Shown piece after piece: positions 38,289 through 48,637 of a DNA stretch of 64,000 nt (the stretch's first letter is position 1; every line of letters begins with the position of its first letter). The position numbers were made by a program, and so were the translations under genes. This DNA comes from Clavelina lepadiformis (Eukaryota), in assembly GCF_947623445.1 (NCBI RefSeq), contig NC_135248.1:2598977-2662976 (forward strand), read 5' to 3'. Under the pieces are notes generated by a model, which worked only from the letters and a program-made list of their open reading frames with translations, did no database searches and had not been told where the DNA came from.

Positions 38289-38435
38289 TAAAGTGCAATG
38301 GGCACGCAGACTGCGAGGATGGAAGCGATGAATGGAATTGTGATTGTCCATCGTCGAGACCTGTTCGTTGTGAATGTAACCAGGAAAATAATTACACGTG
38401 CCAAGGACATGGATGGAAGTGCTTCAAAGAAACTG
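38289..38435 (+). CDS. LDLa-GPCR exon 4
   Basis: Acceptor ttcgtag|. Encodes KCNGHADCEDGSDEWNCDCPSSRPVRCECNQENNYTCQGHGWKCFKET. The only in-phase donor is CTG|GCAAGT, a GC-AG candidate. Confidence 0.5.
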
Positions 38436-39092
38436 GCAAGTGCATGCGTTACCAGAAAGTAGATTTAATGACAGCTTACAATTTGTATTGTATCGTGTTT
38501 TCGCCATTCTCTGCGGAGAAAAATCACAACCGCTATAGCACAATAAAGAACAGACTTACAAACAGTTAGGGAACAAGAAATCAGAGGCAAAGCTGAAAGG
38601 GCAAATATGCAAGATGGCAATAATGCAAATGTACTACAAAAGGTCAGGTTATCAGGAACAAACACAGCAACAGCAAGAACAACGAGTTTCCGAAGCTGTT
38701 AGCAAATAATAAGAAGTTCATAAGTTTAACATTTTCAAGATATCATTTCATTCCGTTCTGGCATTGGCCCCGGTTTTGCTTATGCGAATTATATATATTT
38801 GCTATGTTGTAGGATATATTAAGGATACTAACATAATGATATCAAAAAAACATATATAAGCGTATATAGTTTGCTTGGTTTTAGTTTGAATTAAGATTTT
38901 TGCTGTAATAGTTTATTTGACTACTGCTGCTATACTAATAACATAATTGCTGTCCACTGGATTTATTACACTATCACAGCTGTATTAATATATTCACAGA
39001 TTTTGACTTTTTAACGTCGTAGCTGTTGCACGATTTTTAGCTCAATTTCTACCTGTAACTACATAAATTGTATAAATGTTTGTGATTTGCAG

Positions 39093-39233
39093 ACTTATGC
39101 GATGGATACGTAGACTGCGAAGACGGGAGTGACGAAGGATATTGCTTCCCGTGTCCATCAACAAGACCGCTCAACTGTGCTTGCAATCAAGAAGACAGCA
39201 CATGCCATGACTTGCCATGTTATACGGAAAGTT
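39093..39233 (+). CDS. LDLa-GPCR exon 5
   Basis: Acceptor tttgcag|, donor GTT|GTAAGT. Encodes (D)LCDGYVDCEDGSDEGYCFPCPSTRPLNCACNQEDSTCHDLPCYTES. Confidence 0.6.
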
Positions 39234-39333
39234 GTAAGTCAAAACATAAATAATTACCAAATTGTCTCAAGCAGGCGTTGTATTATCAGCACACTTTGTT
39301 GGTTCGTGTGACTTATCTATTATTTGCATGTAG

Positions 39334-39483
39334 GGAAATGCGATGGTTTCGTTGATTGCGAAGATCACAGCGATGAGGAAAATTGCGACACTTGCAGCTG
39401 GTGGGCACCGGAACGTTGTGCCTGCAACCAAGCTGGTAACAATACGTGTGAAGGATTCGGCGAGCATTGCTTTCATGAGGAAT
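39334..39483 (+). CDS. LDLa-GPCR exon 6
   Basis: Anchored to ORF 39324-39641. Encodes (W)KCDGFVDCEDHSDEENCDTCSWWAPERCACNQAGNNTCEGFGEHCFHEE. Donor AAT|GTGAGC. Confidence 0.6.
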
Positions 39484-39787
39484 GTGAGCATTATCATATA
39501 TATGCTTTGCAAGCATTGCGTAATCGTAATATGTTTGGTTTGAAAATAGTTCTTTTGGTAAAAGTGAAAAATCTTAAAAGTTTTAAATCTCTTCAAAGGT
39601 CTCTTAGAATTTATACCCTTGCAGCTGCAACAGAAAGTTAGCTGTTTTTCCTTAAAAGTTGCGGTCCCTTAAGATTTCTATTAATTCTATTAACTATTCT
39701 ATTAATATTGCCATCGCCAAAATCAAACCTTGCAAAAACTCCTGTCTACGACATTTCACATAATTTTCTACGACGTTTAATTGACAG

Positions 39788-39934
39788 ACATGTGCGATGG
39801 ATACCACGACTGCGCAGATGGAAGCGATGAATGGAATTGCCACATTTGTCCGGAAACTAGACCTCTCAATTGTGGTTGTAACAATGCAGATGGAAACAAC
39901 ACATGTGAATACTTGTCGTGTTACCAAGAAAGCT
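39788..39934 (+). CDS. LDLa-GPCR exon 7
   Basis: Acceptor ttgacag|, donor GCT|GTAAGT. Encodes (Y)MCDGYHDCADGSDEWNCHICPETRPLNCGCNNADGNNTCEYLSCYQES. Confidence 0.6.
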
Positions 39935-40036
39935 GTAAGTAGGGCTTGCTTTGTGTAAAATCCTGGTGTAATGAAATATTAGTTTTTCTCTTGTTAATTG
40001 TGACACGATGAAATGGTTTTTAATCATTTTTCATAG

Positions 40037-40186
40037 GGAAATGCGATGGAATACTGGACTGTGAAGACCACAGCGACGAATTGGGTTGCGAGGTTTGCAC
40101 GTCGTCGCGACAACATCGATGTGCTTGCAACCAAGTTACCAACAACACGTGCGAGGAACATGATCCACCATGTTTCAGTGAAGACG
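40037..40186 (+). CDS. LDLa-GPCR exon 8
   Basis: Acceptor tttcatag|, donor ACG|GTAAAA. Encodes (W)KCDGILDCEDHSDELGCEVCTSSRQHRCACNQVTNNTCEEHDPPCFSED. Confidence 0.6.
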
Positions 40187-40317
40187 GTAAAATTGTCTCT
40201 TAACAAACTAATCTTGGTGTAAGAAATATGACGACTTAGACTGCTGTTTACAAACAAAGGTTTGCAAACTAATTCTTCTAATTCAAATATTTAATAAAAA
40301 TAATTCTGTCATAATAG

Positions 40318-40467
40318 CTTTCTGTGATGGTTTCTATGACTGCACTGACGGCAGTGATGAACTTAATTGCAATTCCTGTCCATCGTGGAAACCTCGCACT
40401 TGCGCCTGCGCCCAACATGACAATAAAAGCTGTCAAAATTATGGCTTACAATGTTATTCTGATGAAG
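40318..40467 (+). CDS. LDLa-GPCR exon 9
   Basis: Acceptor ataatag|, donor AAG|GTGAGC. Encodes (A)FCDGFYDCTDGSDELNCNSCPSWKPRTCACAQHDNKSCQNYGLQCYSDE. Confidence 0.6.
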
Positions 40468-40645
40468 GTGAGCTTAATTTTGTCGGCTTTCCATGAATAA
40501 AAATTAACTCAATAATTGAAAAATTTTAACTCCCTTTAAAAACTTTGAAAGCATTCAAGTGATTTTTGTCAACAATAAACCATAAAATAGATAGTCAATT
40601 AATACATGCACGAAATTTATGTCATAAATTAATTATGATTTGCAG

Positions 40646-43131
40646 AAAGATGCGATGCTAAATCGGATTGCGACGATTCATCCGACGAACTCAATTGCAC
40701 CTGTCCAGTGAATACATTCAAATGTTTATGCTTTCTAGAGGATTATCCTACTTGTGGTGTCAGTCAGGGCTGCCTCTCAATGCAACACGTGAATGATGGC
40801 AAATGTGACTGCGACAGCTGTAACGACGAAGACCAAGTGATAACAATTCACAAACGGAAATGCGGTTCTTGCGATTTGAACATTTTTCGGCTGAAAAATA
40901 TAACAGTTTGTATTTCGCCTTGGTGTGACGTCGCAACTTGTTTCAAAGTTCCTTCTCTAAAACGCCTGGACCATGATCGTCCAAGTCATGAGTACATTTG
41001 CACTTCATTTTGTTCCAACGATACTGATTCAAGCCATTGCACTGTCATGCAATGCGCAGATGGAACTCCTATTCTGGGCGAGATGGATTTCTGCAATTAC
41101 AGGAAGGATTGTGAAGACGGAAGTGACGAAATAACAGCCGACTTCGGTTTCAAATGTTCTTCAGTATTCTCTCCTCGCGCATGCGCACTTCCTCAAGTGA
41201 ACTTGTACGACAACAAAGCAGATTGCTATGATGGGTCTGATTTATGTTTTGACGAAAGTGGAGCATTTCATTGCTTCAGATGCCTGGACAGCAAATTAAT
41301 CATCGCTTCGCAACAAGTGTGTGACGGTAAATTAGATTGCTATGACTCATCTGATGAGTGCCTTTGTGAGGATGTCGCTGCAACGCAATGTGTAACGACC
41401 GAGCATTGCAACGTAAATACAATCATAGGAGATGAAAGCGCGGCTGGTATTAATTCATCTAAACCATGTATTGGTGATACTTGCCAAAGCTTTCTTGAAG
41501 CGGCTACGATCGAGTGTCAAACCAAGCAGGCCGTGGTTGTAGCGACCCTGTGCGACGGTAGACCGGAGTGTAAAGATTTTTCGGACGAGTGCAAGTCGTG
41601 CCCTAGCCCTCCACCATTCTGTTCTGACGTATGCGCCACATTCTACCTCATAGGAGATCGTTATTGCGATGGCGAGATTGACGAGGCTTGGAAGTTCCTC
41701 AATAACTCCAATTGTCCTCAAGGATTTGATGAACGCCTGTGTTCGAAGAGATTCGATTGTAAAGCTGGGACTAAGGTCAGTGTAGACATTTTACAGCGAT
41801 GCGACGGGAGATTGGATTGCGACGATGGAAGTGATGAGAATGATTGTCCTCATCGACACAAATGTGAAGTTAAAGGAGGATTAATATCAATTCCTGAAGC
41901 TCTTGTCTTAGATGGACAGCGGGATTGTATCGATGGGTCGGATGAGTTTAGGTCTGGAATATTTTCATCACGTTTAAATTTGATCAGCGACAAGCACTTA
42001 GAAGGGTGGTTTTGGATGGCTTCATTACTCATTATGTTGGGTAACGGCCACGTCATTATATCGACCATCAAGCGGCTACGAAGAAAGCATGTTGGGCTTG
42101 AGGCTAAATCTAACCATATTCTACTCCTTAACCTTTCCATTTCTGACTTCCTTATGGGAGTATATTTGTTAATAATCTTGGGAAAAGGAGTGGAATACGC
42201 TGGTAGCTATTCTGAATTCGACTATGAATGGAGAACAAGTTCAGTTTGTTCATTTGCCGGAGTCATCTGCATGATTTCCAGCGAAACGTCTTGCTTTGTG
42301 ATGCTACTCCTCACTGCTTTCCGATTTTCGTCCGTGCTATGGCCGTTTAATGGTCATGTGAGGTCGCCAAAACTTTGGACAGCAGCGGTCACTTTTGCGT
42401 GGTTGGTTTCAATTTTACTTGCCACATTGCCCACATTTCTTCCTCATTTTAGTCGAGGAATTGTCTTCGTCAGTCAATTTGCGACATCTGATACAGTTAC
42501 TGAAGAGTTCCTCATATCGTTTGCTTGTAGGTTGTCGGGTATCACCAACACGACAATGGAGGAATCTGGGGATCCCTTGACAACTGCTAAAGCATTTCTA
42601 AAGAATTCTTTTTCTCAGTTTGCTCCACAAGGGGTGATTGGGTATTACGGAACGACCAGCGTGTGTCTGCCGACATTCTTTGCGACTCGTAACGACAGGT
42701 TCTGGATCTACTCTGTCGTTATCATCACATTTAATCTTCTATCATTTTTATCTGTCTGTGCTGGTTACATCACGATTTGGAGAAAGGCATCCAAGACGCC
42801 TGGTCAAAGCCCACGATCCAAAAAGCAAAGTGGAACGTTGCAGAGACGCATCACCTTGCTCATAGTTACAGATATGTTGTGTTGGATTCCCGTTTGCATC
42901 ATGACTTACGTGAGTGTGGGAGGCGTTGACCTTCCTCCAGGCATTGAAATCTTTACAGCTGGTGTACTTTTGCCGATCAACAGCCTCTTAAATCCATTTA
43001 TTTACTCCACATTTGTTGAAAAGCAAGTAAAGTTGGTCCTACACAAACTAGGTGCACGACCAGCACTATCGACAAGTTCACCAGGAACTGAAATGCGAGA
43101 TCTTTCACAACGAGGTTCAACGGTTAATTGA
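40646..43131 (+). CDS. LDLa-GPCR terminal exon: about 8 more LDLa-like modules, then a rhodopsin-type 7TM domain of LGR (glycoprotein-hormone/relaxin receptor) type and a C-terminal tail
   Basis: Acceptor tgatttgcag|. ORF 40708-43131. LDLa signatures CDGRLDCDDGSDENDC and CDGKLDCYDSSDEC. 7TM at ~42007-43020: TM1 WFWMASLLIMLGNGHVIISTI, TM2 LNLSISDFLMGVYLLIIL (compare NLAFADFCMG.YLLLIA of LH/TSH receptors), TM3 followed by FRF, TM7 NSLLNPFIYSTF. No LRR region. Confidence 0.85.
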
Positions 43132-44207
43132 TTTCTGACATAGGCTATTGTTGCTTTTTATTCGACTCTGTTTAAGGAGCTTTGCTTTAATATTGTGTAT
43201 ATAATTTGCCACCGTGTCAGACCCGATTTTTACGAAGCGACGTTGTCATTACAGCACAATCGTGAGCGTGTTGCCTGTTATTAAATACAGGAACAACCAT
43301 TAGATAAATAATCATCTTAAATGGTTTCTTACAGCACTCTTCGTTTTTATGTCACTAGCGTCAGTCTGAAGAAGTTTTTGGGGCATGAATGGTTTATCTA
43401 GTAAAAGAAGCTAAGTCTATAGTTCTTGCGTTCAACATATCGTTTACAAGTGAAAGTGTTTATTTGATGTTGTATACACGTTATTATGCGATTACAGGTA
43501 TTAAGCGAGTCGCATCTTGAAAACTGCCTATCTACAAGTTTTAAAAATGCTCCTATTCACCGAATCGGACAGAGATTTGGTCAGCAATCTCTCTCTTCTA
43601 GTCACTGATAAAAGTTTGCGCTTTTATATTGCGTAGAATGTGGATGGGACGTTGAAACGTGCGACCTGATAAACAAAGGCGTCAGGTGCATGGCAAGTTG
43701 AAAAAACCTTTTTCCAAAAAACATGTTCATAAATGTTAATCACAAGTTGGAAAACACATTTCAACAGATGATGCAATGTTATTAGAAAATACCACACGAG
43801 CCGCTGCAATTCTACAAGGGTTTATATTCACTTTCATTGCAAAAATAGACCTGTACGTGATGCCTAGATAAGTGTAGATGGATATCGCTACAAAGCAGTT
43901 GAGAGAAATAGGATTGTTGTAAGTTTTTTTTTCTAAATTAGCCTTTTCTCTCAGCAGAAAGCCCACAACGTTGAATCCCGGAGTGCATGTTGATATAGCA
44001 CAGACATATCATTCTCTATTATTGTAATCTGCACAGACGAAGCTCACCCGCATGGGTTTGCGAAACGTTTGTTTCACTAAAGAATTCGATAACCAGTTGC
44101 TCAACTTTTTGTCATTGTTGTTGCAACTGCTGATTGAATATGATTAAATATTCAATCACATTTTGTTGTTAAAATTATGCCTAGACGTAAACATAGTATT
44201 AACAGAG

Positions 44208-44884
44208 GTGGCAGTCGGTACTATGAACGTACGGTCGATGGTTTTGGTACTATTTTTGAAAAGTAGTTCGGTACTTTGTTGGTACTCGGTACTGTATTAG
44301 TGTGAAAGATGCTGCTGCAAATGCAATGTTTACCGCTATTCAATGTTCCCTCTAATTTTTCACGAGTCTGAGCAAACACACTAACTCCCTGAGCGGTCCC
44401 TTGGACCACTGTGAGCAACATCAGACGAGCCACGTGCGCACTGTGGCCATTATTATGCGTTTATTTTATTTTCAATGCAGGTTGGATTTTTTTCTTGTGC
44501 GCAGCACAGATTTTCTGTGCGCGGAGACCGTGTCAGCAGCGCGTATTTGCGCACGCGCGCAGCTTAGAGGGAACATTGCCGCTATTATACCGCCGGTAGA
44601 GGTTACTCCAGGTCAAAACATATGAGACGTTAATCGCTTGCAATTTTACTTGACATTTCTAGATGTATTAAGGATTAATTGACATGTATTTTTAAAAACA
44701 TACTTGTTAAAATTATGAAATAATCACGTGAAAAGTACCGAGTACCGGGACCGACTGAAATTTCTTGAAAAAATAATTAGGTAGCCTACAGAGATTGGGT
44801 AGTTTTTCAAAAGTACCGACGGTACCGGTATCAATTTTGAAAAAGTACCGCAATAAAGTAATTTGGTACTATAGTACTGCTCAC
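44208..44884. mobile_element. Foldback/MITE-like element (~680 bp) with long inverted arms rich in GGTACT/AGTACC
   Basis: Left arm 44208-44300 (ggtactatgaacg...ttggtactcggtactg) is the reverse complement of the right arm 44730-44884 (aaagtaccgagtaccgg...agtaccgacggtaccgg...ggtactatagtactgc). A nested inverted pair caatgttccctctaa / ttagagggaacattg sits at ~44340 and ~44565. No ORF. Confidence 0.5.
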
Positions 44885-46589
44885 CTATGAGTAGGCTATT
44901 ACATTGGCTAAGCCTGTAGCCTACCAATTCTTGTTGCCATGCAAAATACAGCAAGTTTGTTCCTACTCTTCAATGATTTCATCTTCGGGAACAAAAAATC
45001 CTGCCATGTGTTAACAGTATTAATAAATAATATTGCAATTTACCTTAATCTGCACTCTTGACAGCTATTTTACATAGCTATATAGTTAGCTCACGGCTAA
45101 CTCCGGCTTTAGCTCACCGTAACATTCAATAACCAGCACAGCAGGGTCAAAGCAACTTTTAAGCTTATTTAAATTAATTCAAACTAAAATAATGTATGTA
45201 GCTATAGGAATATCTAAGAAATAACTTACTTATCGGGCATCACAAACTATTGCCTTGTCCATGTGTGAAGCTTGAAGTCGCATACCTGGAGGCCAGTCTA
45301 GCCTCGGGGAAAAATCCCTACCCAAGTTGCAGCAAAAAAGTAGAAACTCCATAAACTGCTGTTTAGGTCAAAAAATTGGAAGCCTTCAAGCTTAGATCAT
45401 GTTTAAGCGATGTCTTCTACCAGTGGCTAGTAACTAGTCCATTAAGTAATAACAATGCACTAACCTGTCTCAATAGTCTGAAACATAACAGCGATCTTAG
45501 GCGCCGTATATGCTTGTAAAACCTTATAGAATCGAATAGAGTTATAGAAAATAGAATGTTAAAGTCAAGACTGCAATTTTGGGCCAAAAAGTCAAAGTTC
45601 ATCAATTTTCACCTGCTATTTAGGCTAAGGTCTAACACACGTTTTTAGCCGATACGTGGAACGTCGAAAAACATCATCGAAATCGCAAAACTTTAGGACA
45701 TACGGCGACTTATAGTAAATCTAAATCTATAGTAAAGCTTGTTTAAAACTGGTTTAACAACGTCTTTTTTGCTATTAGCGCTATGTCTGCGAGGTATTTA
45801 AAAAAGGATTGTATCTCTTTCTGAGACACACCTGTTTTTGTTCTCCAGTTAGCCTAACTCAAGATGTAGTACTCGTCTTGGCCACGTTTAAAATGTCAAA
45901 CTTTTTCTATACTTCGACAGTTGAACTAATTAAATAACTACAAAACTGATACATGTTTATCTGGCCATATGCAAGTCGTTCCTAGAACAACTACTAGGCC
46001 TAATCAGCAATAGGCAAATTACAACTTGAGATGAGATTCGTAAACGTCACGGTTCATCTCGCTCGAACACAGGAATGACAAAAGCCGCCAAACCGGCATT
46101 TGGAGACTTAGAAGGATGTTATTGTAATACGTCTAATAGTGAAGTACACATTCCGAAGTGTTACACGCCAAACAGTCAGATTGGTTGTTCTGCTGATCTT
46201 ACTTAAAATCAAAGCAGATTCAGTCACTCACACCGATTCAAAGCACTGCAAAGTAAAAACTAGGTAACTTTTTTCCAAAATATTTTCTATACTGCGTAGA
46301 AAAATTCATATGATACCAAAATAAGCAAAATCTTTACAAACCGATGCTCATCAATAGAAAATGTAGAATGTAGATTGCAAAACACTTCACTTCACTACTA
46401 GGCCTACGTGTGCAGTAGTTTTCGCGCCGCTAATTTTGCACAACAAACACAAAAACGTGGGAAACTTGTGTACCACTGTGCCTTATCTTCCCCTACTACC
46501 ACACCATTGCTTACTAGTGAGGAATCTGCTCGTAGCCCCCGTAGAACGACCCCATGATCCCCAGCTAAGAAACCCTGGTATATATAGGT

Positions 46590-46831
46590 GATTGGGCGTA
46601 TAAATGGGCGACCATGTAAATTTACAAATGCTTGAACAGTGTTTTGTTTCCTAGTAAAATGCATTATTTTATTTTTTCTTGGTGTCTTACTATTTTAGTT
46701 GTCCCTGACAATAGGAATGCAAAATAGTTTCATACTCCTAGTAAAATATGAACCACGTTGATCTCAGAAGGCGCGTTGTGCTGAAGAGTCCCGGTTTTCA
46801 ATCACAAAAATATGGTATGACTAGCTACAGC
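46590..46831. repeat. Dispersed ~240-bp repeat, copy 2
   Basis: See 25442-25673. Confidence 0.6.
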
Positions 46832-48510
46832 GCCTATCTACGAGCTGCCCCTGCAGAAAAGTGTTTTGTAGGTACGATCAATTTATTACTCGGTTATCCC
46901 TTCTGCACGTGTTACTGCAGTTTACTTGTATCATTTACAATTCTACTTCTACCATGCACTGTGGAGCGCTGTGGAGTTATCGTAAATCTAGATGTTGATG
47001 GCATGTAAATATCGACGCTAGTGCACATTTGGTCCCTGACTAGGTGACTGCCAGGATTTACACTAAGAGAAAAAAAGCGCAAAACATAATTTCAAGATTG
47101 CTAACTTTTGTAATTTGTGCAGAATGCATGCATTCCACACGCTCTTTGCAAACTTAGCTGTCTATTTCTACATCAGAGTATGTCTACTGTGACCTACTAT
47201 ATTACCTAGCATAGGCCTAGCAATTGTGAACTCCATTCTGACACTGTCAAAGTATTTTGGATATGGGAATGGGAGTGACTATTGCACCGCAAGTAGGTTA
47301 CGCAGCTTGTTGTTAAAGATAAGTGGTTAGGTAAGGAGAAGGTAATACAAAAAGTTGATTTTAGGTTTTATTGGAATTAAAGTTAAATTAGGAGGTAGAT
47401 TTAGGTTACTCTGTTATAACATTTAAGTTAGGATGGCAAGAAACTGAAAAATAGCTTTGAACGCACGATTTTTTTCTGGTGAAATAGTGACAGTCCATAG
47501 GGATTGGAGTTCAGGGGTCCAGTTCACATGCAATTGCAAAATCCCACGTGGTTCACTTGTTCTCTTAACCAAAGTTCAAAGAAATCACTAGAGATTAAAA
47601 GATACCTCCATTGAGGTTAATATAGAGGAACTTAGTTGTAAACAAGACTATGCTGGGCTAGCGGATACCCAATTATGCCGTCACCATTCAAACATGTTAT
47701 GGACTGACCAAACTAGATGGTAACTTAACGGACATTTTTAAGGGTTAGGTTAATCAGGCTGAGGAAATGTATCATGTTATATCACGACGTGATTTCTTAT
47801 GATCTTAGAAGAGTGCTCGTGGGCTGTTAATGCATGTGTAAGTGTTTGCAATGTTGGCTACACTTGTTTCATAGAAAGTTACTGTTTCACTGTAACTATA
47901 GTGATGCAAGTCGTTGTTAAAGAATAGGCTGTTAAATTAGAAAAACAGAGAATGTTACATGCAAAAAGTTGATTTTATATAGACCATAGCTATTTAGGGT
48001 TTAATGAAAGTTTAATAAAGGCTTGATATTGCACTAAGTTGTGAATGGCTTCAAGTCTAGGTAATACTTGTACATGCTGTGTAGGCTATATTGATCAAAG
48101 TTAAAACCTGAGCATCCAAAGGTTTATTGTGATTTTTTTTATTTAGCGCAACAAGTGTAGTAATAAACACATTATACTTATTAAACGTACTACACTTTAG
48201 TCCCCCTATGGACAGTCAAAGCAAGAATAAACGGATTTGAAATTGAATAACGATATTGGTGGTAAAGAATGGGAAAAAAGTGGCTTTGTTTAATAAATTT
48301 AGTTAACTTGATAATGTTAGTTTTAATAATGTTATTACTAATTCTATTTGATCTTTACGCAGCTTTTATTTTTTTCTGGACTTGCAAAATGTAAATCGCA
48401 GCCAAAATTATTAACATTAAATATATCATATATCTGACATTTGCAAGTTTGTAATTTGTTATTAAAGTGATACTGGTTGCCATACTGTCATTGGTCATCT
48501 AAAAAGTAAC

Positions 48511-48637
48511 ATGTCGGACAAGCCTGTAAGTGGTTTGAAACGAAACCATAACTCCAGTATCAAGGATAAATTTCTTTGGAATAGGAATAGAAGAGGTGCT
48601 CAAAGTTTGAAATCACGGCCATCCACAAAAGATGCTG
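48511..48637 (+). CDS. CMIP: Possible first coding exon of the CMIP-like gene (uncertain)
   Basis: ATG at 48511 encodes MSDKPVSGLKRNHNSSIKDKFLWNRNRRGAQSLKSRPSTKDA. Donor CTG|GTATGT is phase 1 and fits the next exon. Weak Kozak context and no homology support. Confidence 0.25.
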
